Shown here piece by piece: positions 43,077 to 51,595 of a stretch of DNA of 64,000 bases. The position numbers and the translations under genes were made by a program. Source of the stretch: Candidatus Nanopelagicales bacterium. Lineage in GTDB: Bacteria; Actinomycetota; Actinomycetes; S36-B12; GCA-2699445. The notes beneath the pieces are model-generated. The model had not been told where the DNA came from and made no database searches. It saw only the letters and a list, made by a program, of their open reading frames with translations. The stretch is from assembly GCA_037045355.1 (NCBI GenBank), contig JBAOHO010000012.1, forward strand, positions 303,071-367,070. The letters are read 5' to 3'. Positions within the stretch are counted from its first letter, which is position 1; the number at the start of each line of letters is the position of its first letter.

Positions 43077-43643
43077 ATGGCGAACGATGTGATCGACGAC
43101 CATCTGGACCGGTTTGCACCAGAACAGCGCGCGGCTCTTGAGCGCACGTGCGAGACGATCCGAGCCGCGCTGCCTGGAGCGGCCCCGGAACTCAAATACG
43201 GGATGCCCACCTTCACCATCGACGGGGTTGCCGTCGTGGGTGTGGAGGGGTTCCGCAACCACAACAGCCTGTTCCCCTACAGCGGGTCCATCGTCACTGC
43301 CTTGGCCGCCGATCTCGCGAACTTCACGACGTCGAAAGGCACCGTCCAGTTCCCCCGCTCCGATCCGTTTCCGGCCCCACCCCTGAGGCGAATCCTCAAG
43401 GCACGCATCCAGGAGATCAACGACAGTTACCCGAAAGCCTCCGGAGTGACCAAGGAGTTCTACGACAACGGGTTCCTCAAGGCCAAAGGCAAGATCCGAG
43501 GCGACCGGATGTCAGGCGATTGGCAGTGGTTTCGCCGCGATGGAACGCTGAAGCGATCCGGCTCGTTCCGGGCCGGCGAGCGGGTCGGAGAGTGGACGAC
43601 ATACGACGCCGAGGGTGCGCCCTATCGTGTCACGCATTACTGA
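43077..43643 (+). CDS. DUF1801 (YdhG-like) domain protein with C-terminal MORN-variant repeats
   Basis: N-terminal LKYGMPTFTIDGVAVVG..GTVQFP (DUF1801-like). C-terminal EFYDNGFLKAKGKIRGDRMSGDWQWFRRDGTLKRSGSFRAGERVGEWTTYD repeats. Confidence 0.55.
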   Translation: MANDVIDDHLDRFAPEQRAALERTCETIRAALPGAAPELKYGMPTFTIDGVAVVGVEGFRNHNSLFPYSGSIVTALAADLANFTTSKGTVQFPRSDPFPAPPLRRILKARIQEINDSYPKASGVTKEFYDNGFLKAKGKIRGDRMSGDWQWFRRDGTLKRSGSFRAGERVGEWTTYDAEGAPYRVTHY

Positions 43644-44559
43644 CGTGGCCGCTGTCGAGTCGCACGTCTCACCGGGGTTCACGCCCGACCTGAACGCCAT
43701 CCTGCGCCCGATGTTGCGCGGCAGGACTGATCCCACGCTGCGGCTGGACGGCACGGTCGCCTGGCGTACCGCCGTGACTCCCGACGGCCCCGTCACTCAG
43801 CGGCTAGTCGTGGCCGATGCCCGGGTGGCGAGCAGTTGTTGGGGTCCAGGAGCGGAGTGGATGGCAACCCGAACGCCGGACCTGATCGGCGCCAACGACC
43901 ACGGCTGGGCCACGTTCGACCCTGCCCCGGGCCTGGTCGCGGACCACTGGCGTCGGCACCGGAACAGTTGGCGGGTACCCAGGGCTCACAACGTGTGGGA
44001 GTCGGCGGTCGCCGCCGTGCTGGAACAGAAGGTGACCGGGCTGGAGGCGAAGCGGGCCTGGCACGCCCTCGCCCGCGAGTTCGGGGAACCGGCGCCGGGG
44101 CCGGCGCCCGAGGGACTGCGGGTCCTTCCGGATCCCCAGACGGTTCGCCGGGTTCCCTCGTGGTGGTGGCGCCGCAATGCCGTGGACCGAACCAGGTCGG
44201 ACACGATCATGCGTCTGGCCGCGATCCCCCATGTCCTGTGGCGCTTGCCCCATGAGGCTTCGAGCGAGGCCCGCCGTCTGCTCACGTGCGTGCGCGGAGT
44301 GGGCGACTGGACTTACGCGGAGGTCGCTCAGCGCGCGCTCGGCGACCCCGATGCGGTGAGCGTCGGGGACTTCCACCTCGCTGCGGACCTGGTGTACGCC
44401 CTCACCGGTTCCTTCGACGGGGACGACGAACAGATGCTGGCACTACTGCAGCCGTACACCGGGCATCGCTACCGCGCAGTGCGGATGCTCGAACTGTCCC
44501 GAGTGACCCGACCGCGGCGGGGACCGCGGTTCGCAGTGCCGGCGCATCGCTACGGGTGA
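43615..44559 (+). CDS. HhH-GPD superfamily DNA glycosylase (AlkA-like 3-methyladenine glycosylase II)
   Basis: AVLEQKVTGLEAKRAW. HhH element LTCVRGVGDWTYAEV followed by the catalytic-Asp region DAVSVGDFHL. Confidence 0.7.
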   Translation: MRPIVSRITDVAAVESHVSPGFTPDLNAILRPMLRGRTDPTLRLDGTVAWRTAVTPDGPVTQRLVVADARVASSCWGPGAEWMATRTPDLIGANDHGWATFDPAPGLVADHWRRHRNSWRVPRAHNVWESAVAAVLEQKVTGLEAKRAWHALAREFGEPAPGPAPEGLRVLPDPQTVRRVPSWWWRRNAVDRTRSDTIMRLAAIPHVLWRLPHEASSEARRLLTCVRGVGDWTYAEVAQRALGDPDAVSVGDFHLAADLVYALTGSFDGDDEQMLALLQPYTGHRYRAVRMLELSRVTRPRRGPRFAVPAHRYG

Positions 44560-44578
44560 CGATCGTGGGCGGGTCTGG

Positions 44579-45340
44579 TCAGGGCTGGACGACCTGCAAG
44601 TTCCAGGGGCTTCGGCCGGTGCGTGGTGGCGTCAACGCGCACTCGAAGACTTCGCCGACGGCTTCGGCGAGCCTCTCCGGGGAGCGGGGCTGGGTCCCGG
44701 AGCGCGCGCACAGGTGCCGCGCCACCAAGCCCCGAGTGTGCTTGGCCATGTGTGATACGGCGGTCCGCGAGTCCGCGCTGAGCACACTGATGTGGACGGT
44801 CCGCGTCGGATCCCCGGGCCAGGCGGCCCGGTAGGGAGCCGAACGACAATCCACTGCCACCGTGCGCTCGGACGACGAGTCAAGGACGGACTCCAGGTGT
44901 GGTCGCCAGAATCTCGCCAGCGGCCCGATGCCCGGCAGGTCCACAGTCATGGACAGGCGGTAGGCCGGGACCCGATCAGTCAGCCTCATCGCCCCCCACA
45001 GAGCCGAGACGACAAGGACACAGTTGGTGGCGCGGCGTCGCGCCTGAGGGGAGACAGTGGCCAGGTCCAAGGCGTCGTACAGCACGCCGGAGTAGATCTG
45101 ACCGGCCGGCGCGGCCGGCGCGCTCCACAGGTCGATGTTCGCGCGGACGTCGTCCTCGACGGATGCACCAACCCCCAGGACCTCGAGGGCGTCAGATCGA
45201 GCGCTGACTGCGGCCAGTGCGTCACCGACCTGGACGCGTGCATCGGTCAGGTCGGGGAACGACAAAGCGCTCACGTCAACCGGCCGCCGCCGCTTGGGTG
45301 CGGGGGTCTTGCCCTCGGACGGCGGCAGCAGGATCAGCAC
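44579..45340 (-). CDS. yaaA: YaaA-family (DUF328/UPF0246) peroxide-stress protein
   Basis: Signature N-terminus (M)LILLPPSEGK and family-typical length. Confidence 0.85.
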   Translation of the reverse strand: MLILLPPSEGKTPAPKRRRPVDVSALSFPDLTDARVQVGDALAAVSARSDALEVLGVGASVEDDVRANIDLWSAPAAPAGQIYSGVLYDALDLATVSPQARRRATNCVLVVSALWGAMRLTDRVPAYRLSMTVDLPGIGPLARFWRPHLESVLDSSSERTVAVDCRSAPYRAAWPGDPTRTVHISVLSADSRTAVSHMAKHTRGLVARHLCARSGTQPRSPERLAEAVGEVFECALTPPRTGRSPWNLQVVQP

Positions 45341-45365
45341 GGTGCCGCCCGGCAGCCTGCGGGAG

Positions 45366-47258
45366 TCACTCGCCCAGGACGGCCCGCGCGAGCTTCTCCG
45401 CGGACACTGCCACTGCGTCCTGTCCGTTCAGGTGAACGTCGGGGTGCTCAGGGGGCTCGTAGTCCTGCCCGACACCGGTCATGTTCGGCAACTGGCCGGC
45501 GGCGGCCTTGCGGTACAGGCCCTTCGGGTCCCGCGCCTGGGCGACCTCGAGCGGGGTGTCGACGTAGACCTCGAGGTACTCGCCCGCGTCGAAGATCTCC
45601 GCAGCGGCGCGGCGGTCCGAACGGTACGGGGACACGAGCGCGACGATCACGACCAGACCGGCGTCGGCCATCAACTTCGCAACCTCGGCCACTCGGCGCA
45701 CGTTCTCGGCGCGATCCTCCGGCGTGAAACCGAGATCGCGATTCAGACCGGTGCGCACGTTGTCGCCGTCGAGCACGTAGGTGTGGACACCCTGCGCGTG
45801 CAGCATGGCGACGGTGGCGTCGGCGATCGTGGACTTGCCCGAGCCGGACAGACCGGTCATCCACACCACGCGAGGTGAGTGGCCTTTGAGCCGTTGGCGC
45901 GCTTCGCGGTCGACCGCGTAGTCGTGCGGAGTCACGTTGAACGCACGCCGCATCGCATGGCGGGTCAGGCCGGCGGCGACAGTGTCGCTGGTGACCCGGT
46001 CGACCAGCAGGAACCCGCCTGTGTCGCGGCACAGGTCGTACTCGTCCAGCGGGATCGGAGAGTCGGTGGCCAACTCGACACGGCCGATGTCGTTCATGTT
46101 GAGCAACCGGGCAGCGTCATGGTTGCCGGTCACGACGTCGAGGCGGTGACGGACAGATGTGACCGTGGCGGGCACAACCTTGGGGCCGATGTACAGCAGG
46201 TAGGAGCGGCCGTGGGCAAGGGGTTCTTCACCGGTCCACACAAGGTCGGCGGCGAAACGGTCGGCGGGCTTGGCCTGGCCTTCGCCCGCAGCACACAGCA
46301 GATCGCCTCGGGTGATGTCGACCTCGCGATCGAGCGTGATGGTGACAGTCTGTCCGACGGTCGCCACCGCCAGGTCGCCGTCGTAGGTGACGATCCGGTC
46401 GACGGTCGCGGTCTGTCCGGAGTCGGCCACCGCGATGATCTGGCCGGGCCGGACCTCTCCGGCCACGACGGTGCCGGAGTAGCCGCGGAAGTTGCCTTCG
46501 GCGCGGCTGATCAACTGCACCGGCATGCGGAACGGATCAGCGGTGTCCCGATCGGTGGGCTCCCACGCCACGAGGGCGTCCATGACCGTGGGTCCGTGGT
46601 ACCAGGGCATCGTCTCGAGGTCGGAGTCGATCACGTTGGCGCCGGTGACAGCGCTGACCGGGATGGCGGTCACCTCGTCGATGCCGAGCCGAGCCGCTGC
46701 TGCCCGGACCCCGCCGGACAGCTCCTCGAAGGTGGCGTGTTCGAAGCCCACGAGGTCCATCTTGTTGATGGCGACCACCACGCTGGTGACTCCCATCAGG
46801 GCGCATACGGTGAGATGGCGGTAGGTCTGGGGCCGCAGGCCGCGCGCGGCATCGACGAGCAGGACTGCCAGATCAGCGTTGGAGGCGGCCACGGACATGT
46901 TGCGGGTGTACTGCTCGTGACCGGGGGCGTCGGCGATGATGACCCGGCGACCGCTGGGCAGATTGAGGTGCCGGTAGGCGACGTCGATCGTGATGCCCTG
47001 TTCGCGCTCGGCCTCGAGCCCGTCGGTGAGTAGTGAGTAGTCGATCTCGCCGACGGGGATGGTGGATCCGCCCCGACGGGTGGTCCGGGCGTACTCCAAC
47101 TGATCGATGGGTACGGAGTCGGTCTCGACGAGCAGGCGTCCGATCAGGGTGGACTTGCCGTCGTCGACGGAGCCGCAGGCGACCATGCGCAGCACGGCGG
47201 ACTTCATGTCCGCCGCGCGCTGCAGGGAGTCGGTCTCGGAAACGATCAATGCGGTCAT
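45366..47258 (-). CDS. cysNC: Bifunctional sulfate adenylyltransferase subunit 1 / adenylylsulfate kinase
   Basis: GTPase motifs GSVDDGKST, DAPGH, NKMD. C-terminal APS kinase P-loop GLSGSGKST. Confidence 0.95.
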   Translation of the reverse strand: MTALIVSETDSLQRAADMKSAVLRMVACGSVDDGKSTLIGRLLVETDSVPIDQLEYARTTRRGGSTIPVGEIDYSLLTDGLEAEREQGITIDVAYRHLNLPSGRRVIIADAPGHEQYTRNMSVAASNADLAVLLVDAARGLRPQTYRHLTVCALMGVTSVVVAINKMDLVGFEHATFEELSGGVRAAAARLGIDEVTAIPVSAVTGANVIDSDLETMPWYHGPTVMDALVAWEPTDRDTADPFRMPVQLISRAEGNFRGYSGTVVAGEVRPGQIIAVADSGQTATVDRIVTYDGDLAVATVGQTVTITLDREVDITRGDLLCAAGEGQAKPADRFAADLVWTGEEPLAHGRSYLLYIGPKVVPATVTSVRHRLDVVTGNHDAARLLNMNDIGRVELATDSPIPLDEYDLCRDTGGFLLVDRVTSDTVAAGLTRHAMRRAFNVTPHDYAVDREARQRLKGHSPRVVWMTGLSGSGKSTIADATVAMLHAQGVHTYVLDGDNVRTGLNRDLGFTPEDRAENVRRVAEVAKLMADAGLVVIVALVSPYRSDRRAAAEIFDAGEYLEVYVDTPLEVAQARDPKGLYRKAAAGQLPNMTGVGQDYEPPEHPDVHLNGQDAVAVSAEKLARAVLGE

Positions 47259-48193
47259 CAGAAGTAGCCCTCCGCCTTTTTGGCCTCCATGGACGAGGCT
47301 CCTTCGCCGTCGATCAGGCGCCCGGCGCGCTCCGACATCTTGGCCTGCCCCATCTCGGTGATGAGGGTGTCGAGGTCGGCGGCCTCGGATTCGACGGCAC
47401 CCGTGAGCGGGTAGCAGCCCAAGGTCCGGAACCGCACGTTGCGGATCATGGGTTCTTCGCCTTCACGCAGCGGTAACCGCTCGTCGTCGACCATGATCAG
47501 CACGCCGTCGCGTTCCACCACCGGTCGCGGTTTGCTGAAGTAGAGCTCGGGGATGGGGATGTTCTCGCGGCGGATGTAGTGCCACACGTCCATCTCGGTC
47601 CAGTTCGAGATAGGAAAGGCGCGCATGGTCTGACCCTCGCTGAGCCGGGTGTTGGCGGTGCGCCAGAACTCGGGGCGCTGCTTGCGGGCGTCCCACCGGT
47701 GGCCGGGCTCGCGGAGGCTGAAGATGCGCTCCTTGGCGCGACTGCGTTCTTCGTCGCGGCGTGATCCGCCGATAGCGGCGTCGAACTTGTACTTGTCGAG
47801 GCCTTCGCGCAGGGCGACGGTCTTCATGATGCGCGTGTACTCGTGAGTGCCATGGGTGAAGGGGCTGATGCCTTCTGCGACGGCTTCGTCGTTCGTTGCG
47901 ATCCGCAGGTCTAAGTTGAGCTCCTCGGCCCGCTGGTTGCGGAAGTCGATCATTTCGCGGAACTTCCACGTGGTGTCGACATGCATGACCGGCATCGGGA
48001 TCGGAGCCGGCGCGAAGGCCTTGACCGCCAGATGCAGCAGCACTGAGGAGTCCTTGCCGATCGAGTACAGCAGAACGGGATTGCGGAAGGCCGCCGCCGT
48101 CTCCCTGAAGACGTGGATGGCCTCGGCCTCCAGCACGTCCAGTACCGAGTTCTGACTGATCCGTGGCGTGTCCGACACACCAACCTCCCTCAT
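47258..48193 (-). CDS. cysD: Sulfate adenylyltransferase subunit 2 (start taken at MREVG; the longer tracked ORF would overlap the upstream gene)
   Basis: PAPS-reductase-fold motifs [29 protein letters not shown]. Confidence 0.9.
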   Translation of the reverse strand: MREVGVSDTPRISQNSVLDVLEAEAIHVFRETAAAFRNPVLLYSIGKDSSVLLHLAVKAFAPAPIPMPVMHVDTTWKFREMIDFRNQRAEELNLDLRIATNDEAVAEGISPFTHGTHEYTRIMKTVALREGLDKYKFDAAIGGSRRDEERSRAKERIFSLREPGHRWDARKQRPEFWRTANTRLSEGQTMRAFPISNWTEMDVWHYIRRENIPIPELYFSKPRPVVERDGVLIMVDDERLPLREGEEPMIRNVRFRTLGCYPLTGAVESEAADLDTLITEMGQAKMSERAGRLIDGEGASSMEAKKAEGYF

Positions 48194-48209
48194 GGGCAAC
48201 CTGCCCATA

Positions 48210-48926
48210 CTAAATGTCCTGGGTCGCTGTCCCAGCCGCTCCATCACGCCCGAAGGCCACGACTTGGTCAACAACGGTCGCGATCTGCCCGACCGCCGCC
48301 TCGGCCAGTTCTATTGCCGCCCCGTGCACCTGATATCCGAGCACGTGTGGATCGGGAACATCGTGGTCGCTCCACGAGAGCGGATTCCGGTGGGAGGCCT
48401 CGGAATGGCCAGTCACCGGCGGCATCTGCCCACGGACTGAATCCATCGCGGAGACCCACCAACGCAGCCGCTCCTCGACGCCGGTGGGCATCAGGATCGA
48501 TCCGGGGGGCTTTTGTCCAGGGGCGATGTACCCGGCGACTACTTGCGACAAACGTGCGGCTTGTCTCAGCGTGAACGTCTTCGCCTGCACCTCGGGGAAT
48601 TGGGGCAGCACCTCGGCGAGGTGAGATCGGTCGAGACACAACACGAGATCGGATTGGGCGAGCATGTCCGGCGAGATCCGTCGGGCACCGTGCGGGTGAG
48701 CCGGTGGGGGTGTCCCGACCTGTCCGGCATAGGAGCGGGCGACGAACTCCCCGACCAGCGCACTGCTGAGGTCGCAGGCGGGTGAGCCTGCGGTGGCCGC
48801 CACGCCCGCGGAAGTCACCGCGATGTGAGTGTCCAGGTGGACGGCACTGAAGGCACGGCGCAGCAGAGTGGCGGTGGCAGGTGAGCGGCAGATGTTCGCC
48901 GTGCACACGACCAGGACCCGGAACAC
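48210..48926 (-). CDS. Low-molecular-weight phosphotyrosine phosphatase / ArsC-family protein, unusually long (238 aa)
   Basis: (M)[15 protein letters not shown] contains the CX5R(S) P-loop. A distal DP (VPDPH) is present. GTG start. Confidence 0.7.
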   Translation of the reverse strand: MFRVLVVCTANICRSPATATLLRRAFSAVHLDTHIAVTSAGVAATAGSPACDLSSALVGEFVARSYAGQVGTPPPAHPHGARRISPDMLAQSDLVLCLDRSHLAEVLPQFPEVQAKTFTLRQAARLSQVVAGYIAPGQKPPGSILMPTGVEERLRWWVSAMDSVRGQMPPVTGHSEASHRNPLSWSDHDVPDPHVLGYQVHGAAIELAEAAVGQIATVVDQVVAFGRDGAAGTATQDI

Positions 48927-48969
48927 CGTGCCACGGTCCCACAGGCCACGGGTGACGGCGCCAATTTCA

Positions 48970-49054
48970 GGAGTCGGGCTTCTTCGGGAGTTGGGCTTCT
49001 TCGGGAGTCGGGCTTCTTCGGGAGTCGGGCTACTTCAGGAGTCGGGACAGTCGG
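48970..49054. repeat. 17-bp tandem repeat GGAGTCGGGCTTCTTCG, about 4.5 copies
   Basis: Copies at 48970, 48987, 49004 and 49021 (degenerate) and 49038 (partial). Spans the nei 3' end and the region upstream of the PTP-like/cysD/cysNC genes. Confidence 0.95.
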
Positions 49055-49923
49055 CGGTCGGCCAACGGCTTGCCCCCGGTCTGGCACGTGGGGCAGTACT
49101 GGAACGACGAGTCCGCGCTGGCGACCTCACGAACGGTGTCGCCACAGACCGGGCACGGCTGCCCCGTCCGACCGTGAACGGCCATGCTGGAGCGCTTGCC
49201 GTCCTTCAACTCGGAGGGAGGCAACTCTCGGGCCGAGGTGACTGCTTGGGCGAGGACCGACTCAAGTGCCGCGAACAGTGCTGCGCGTTGTTCGTCAGTC
49301 AGCGAATCGGCGCCGGCAGCCGGACTGAGCCGGGCCTTGTGCAAGATCTCGTCGGAGTAGGCGTTACCCACCCCGGCGAGGACGGACTGATCCCGCAGGA
49401 CGGTCTTCAGGTGCCTCCTGCCCGCAGCGGCCAAGATGTCGGCCAGGCTCTGGGCAGTGAAGGTGTCGGCGAGAGGGTCGGGGCCAAGGCGGGCGATCCC
49501 GGGTACCTCTGCCGGGTCGTGCACCACATACACGGCAAGCCGTTTCTGGGTCCCAGCCTCGGTCAGGGAGAATCCGCCCACGACCGAGCCGCCATCGTCG
49601 GCGAAGGTGAGTCGGGCGGCAAGAGGGCCACGACCCATCCTCACCGGCTGCCGCGACGGGGAATCCGACCACGCGAGCCACCCCGCGCGGGCGAGGTGAA
49701 TCGCCAGGTACAGCGGGCTGCCGTCGGGATCCACGAGGTCGAGGACCAGGAACTTCCCGAATCGTTGCAGACCGATCACCCGGCAACCACGCAGGGCACT
49801 GACTGGGGGGTCGGCCGTCTTGATCGCGCTGATGGCGCCGACCTGGACGTCGGTGATGACGGATCCGGACAGCCGGGGCGTCACGTAGGTGAGCAGGCCT
49901 TCGATCTCGGGGATCTCCGGCAT
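49030..49923 (-). CDS. nei: Fpg/Nei-family DNA glycosylase / AP lyase
   Basis: MPEIPEIEG N-terminus (catalytic Pro2/Glu3). H2TH region. C-terminal zinc finger CPVCG..CPTCQ. ATGA overlap with the upstream gene. Confidence 0.85.
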   Translation of the reverse strand: MPEIPEIEGLLTYVTPRLSGSVITDVQVGAISAIKTADPPVSALRGCRVIGLQRFGKFLVLDLVDPDGSPLYLAIHLARAGWLAWSDSPSRQPVRMGRGPLAARLTFADDGGSVVGGFSLTEAGTQKRLAVYVVHDPAEVPGIARLGPDPLADTFTAQSLADILAAAGRRHLKTVLRDQSVLAGVGNAYSDEILHKARLSPAAGADSLTDEQRAALFAALESVLAQAVTSARELPPSELKDGKRSSMAVHGRTGQPCPVCGDTVREVASADSSFQYCPTCQTGGKPLADRRLSRLLK

Positions 49924-51149
49924 CAGGCCCGGCCCATCTCCTTCGCGGACTCCCAGAGGCCCTCGCGAGCCGACTCGTGGGCACAGTGTTCGATGATCTG
50001 GCGGGTCTGCTCGGCTTCGGTGTTGCCGAACACGCGGGCCATACCCACTTCGGTCACGACGGCCGAGTGCTGGAACGAGGTCACCGGCTCCTGGATCCGC
50101 GGCACGATCGTCGAGATGTTGGCCTTGGGGTGCCACGACGGCAATGCGATGTAGGCATGACCTCCGCGCGAGTGCAGGGCACCGACGATGAAGTCGGTGG
50201 AACCGCCGAAGCCCGAGTAGATGCGCCCATTGATCCGCGAGGCGTTGGCCTGCGCGGACAGATCCACCTGAAGCGCCCCGTTGACCGAGGTCATGATGGT
50301 CTGCTTGGCGATCCGGCCGGGATCGTTGGTGACCTCGGTGCGCATCATGCGGACGCGCTGGTTGTGGTCGACCCAGTCGTACAACTCCTGGCTGCCGAAG
50401 AGGAATGAGGCGATCAGCGGCTGGGATTCGCTCAGACAACCCTTGCGGGCGAGGGCGAGAACACCGTCGCTGAACATCTCGCTCCAGATCTTCAGCCCGT
50501 CGTGACCGGTCAGTCCGGCGAGTACGGCGTCGGGTACGCCGCCGATCCCCAACTGCAAGGTGGCCCCGTTGGGCACCCGCTGCGCGATGCGGTCGCCGAT
50601 GAGTCGTGCGGTGTCGCCCAACTTGCCCGGTGGGTTGACGTTGAGGGGCTCGTCGACTTCGAGGAAGTAGTCGATGTCGTCGACGTCGACTTGGGCGTCT
50701 CCGTACGTGTAGGGCATGTGCTTGTTGACCTGCGCGATGACCAGTCCGCCCCGTTTGCGGACCGCTTCGATGGCGGCGGGCAGGATATTGACCTCGAGAC
50801 CCAGGCTCACATGGCCGTTCTCCGGTGGCGTCGTGTGGATCAGGATCAAGTCGGGGGGCAGCCGTCGGTGGAACAGGATCGGGACCAGACTCAGGCGGCA
50901 GGGGACGTAGAGCAGCCCGGGGGTCTTGCGCATGCCCGGCCCGACGAAGGTGGTCTCGTGCTTGACGCCTGAACGATGGGGCAGATGGCCGTGGGCGTTG
51001 AGCATGTGGAGCTTGTACTCGGGCAGACCCTTGTCCACCGCCTTCAGCAGGTGTGTCGGAGTCGCGAAGTTGCCCGACACCACGACTCGGGGGTCTTCTT
51101 TGAGCCGGGCCAAGACCGAGGGAAGTCGTTCTGTCGTGATCTGCTTCAT
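49923..51149 (-). CDS. Acetyl-CoA hydrolase/transferase family protein (CoA-transferase)
   Basis: Family-typical layout (VVVSGNFATP.., GIGGVPDAVL, SGFGGSTDF). Confidence 0.8.
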   Translation of the reverse strand: MKQITTERLPSVLARLKEDPRVVVSGNFATPTHLLKAVDKGLPEYKLHMLNAHGHLPHRSGVKHETTFVGPGMRKTPGLLYVPCRLSLVPILFHRRLPPDLILIHTTPPENGHVSLGLEVNILPAAIEAVRKRGGLVIAQVNKHMPYTYGDAQVDVDDIDYFLEVDEPLNVNPPGKLGDTARLIGDRIAQRVPNGATLQLGIGGVPDAVLAGLTGHDGLKIWSEMFSDGVLALARKGCLSESQPLIASFLFGSQELYDWVDHNQRVRMMRTEVTNDPGRIAKQTIMTSVNGALQVDLSAQANASRINGRIYSGFGGSTDFIVGALHSRGGHAYIALPSWHPKANISTIVPRIQEPVTSFQHSAVVTEVGMARVFGNTEAEQTRQIIEHCAHESAREGLWESAKEMGRA

Positions 51150-51595
51150 CAGTCGTTACCACCCAATCCGCCGAACTCCTTCATGATCTCAGTTGCCGAG
51201 GGGTCCGATTCCGACCCCCCCGACTCCTCGGATCCCGGGATGAGGCGGTCCACCCAGTCGAGCAGGTGGTTGGGGTCGAAAGGCTTGGGCAGGAACACCG
51301 ATGCCCCGGCGGTCCACCCCGCCCATGTGGTGTCGTCGTCGGCGGCCGCTGTCAACAAGATGATGGGCAGGTCATTAGCCGAACGGGTCTGGCGCAAAGT
51401 CCGCAGCACATCCAGTCCGGACATGCCCGGCATCATGATGTCGAGCACGATGAGGTCGGGTTGCTGGTCGTTCACGGCTTCGAGTGCCGAGGGCCCGTCT
51501 GCGGCTTCGATGACAACGTGACCCTCGAGCTCCAGGACGTCGCGGACGAGTGAGCGCACCGTGGGCTCGTCGTCCACAACGAGAATCTGGGTCAT
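51149..51595 (-). CDS. Single-domain response regulator (receiver only, acidic/Gly tail)
   Basis: ILVVDDEP, phospho-acceptor LIVLDIMMPGMSG, FLPKPF. No DNA-binding output domain. Confidence 0.85.
   Translation of the reverse strand: MTQILVVDDEPTVRSLVRDVLELEGHVVIEAADGPSALEAVNDQQPDLIVLDIMMPGMSGLDVLRTLRQTRSANDLPIILLTAAADDDTTWAGWTAGASVFLPKPFDPNHLLDWVDRLIPGSEESGGSESDPSATEIMKEFGGLGGND

Noticed and set aside
48970-49054. Short tandem repeat arrays (here and at 28901, 27811, 33796 and 53906) as CRISPR arrays.
   Set aside because: The units are directly adjacent with no unique spacers, are far shorter than CRISPR repeats or lie inside coding sequence, and no cas genes are nearby.
49030-51162. 710-aa minus-strand ORF treated as a single gene.
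   Set aside because: Only its C-terminal 297 aa (from MPEIPEIEG at 49923) are Nei-like. The upstream part is Arg/Pro-rich shadow sequence overlapping the well-supported CoA-transferase ORF (49923-51149) in another frame.
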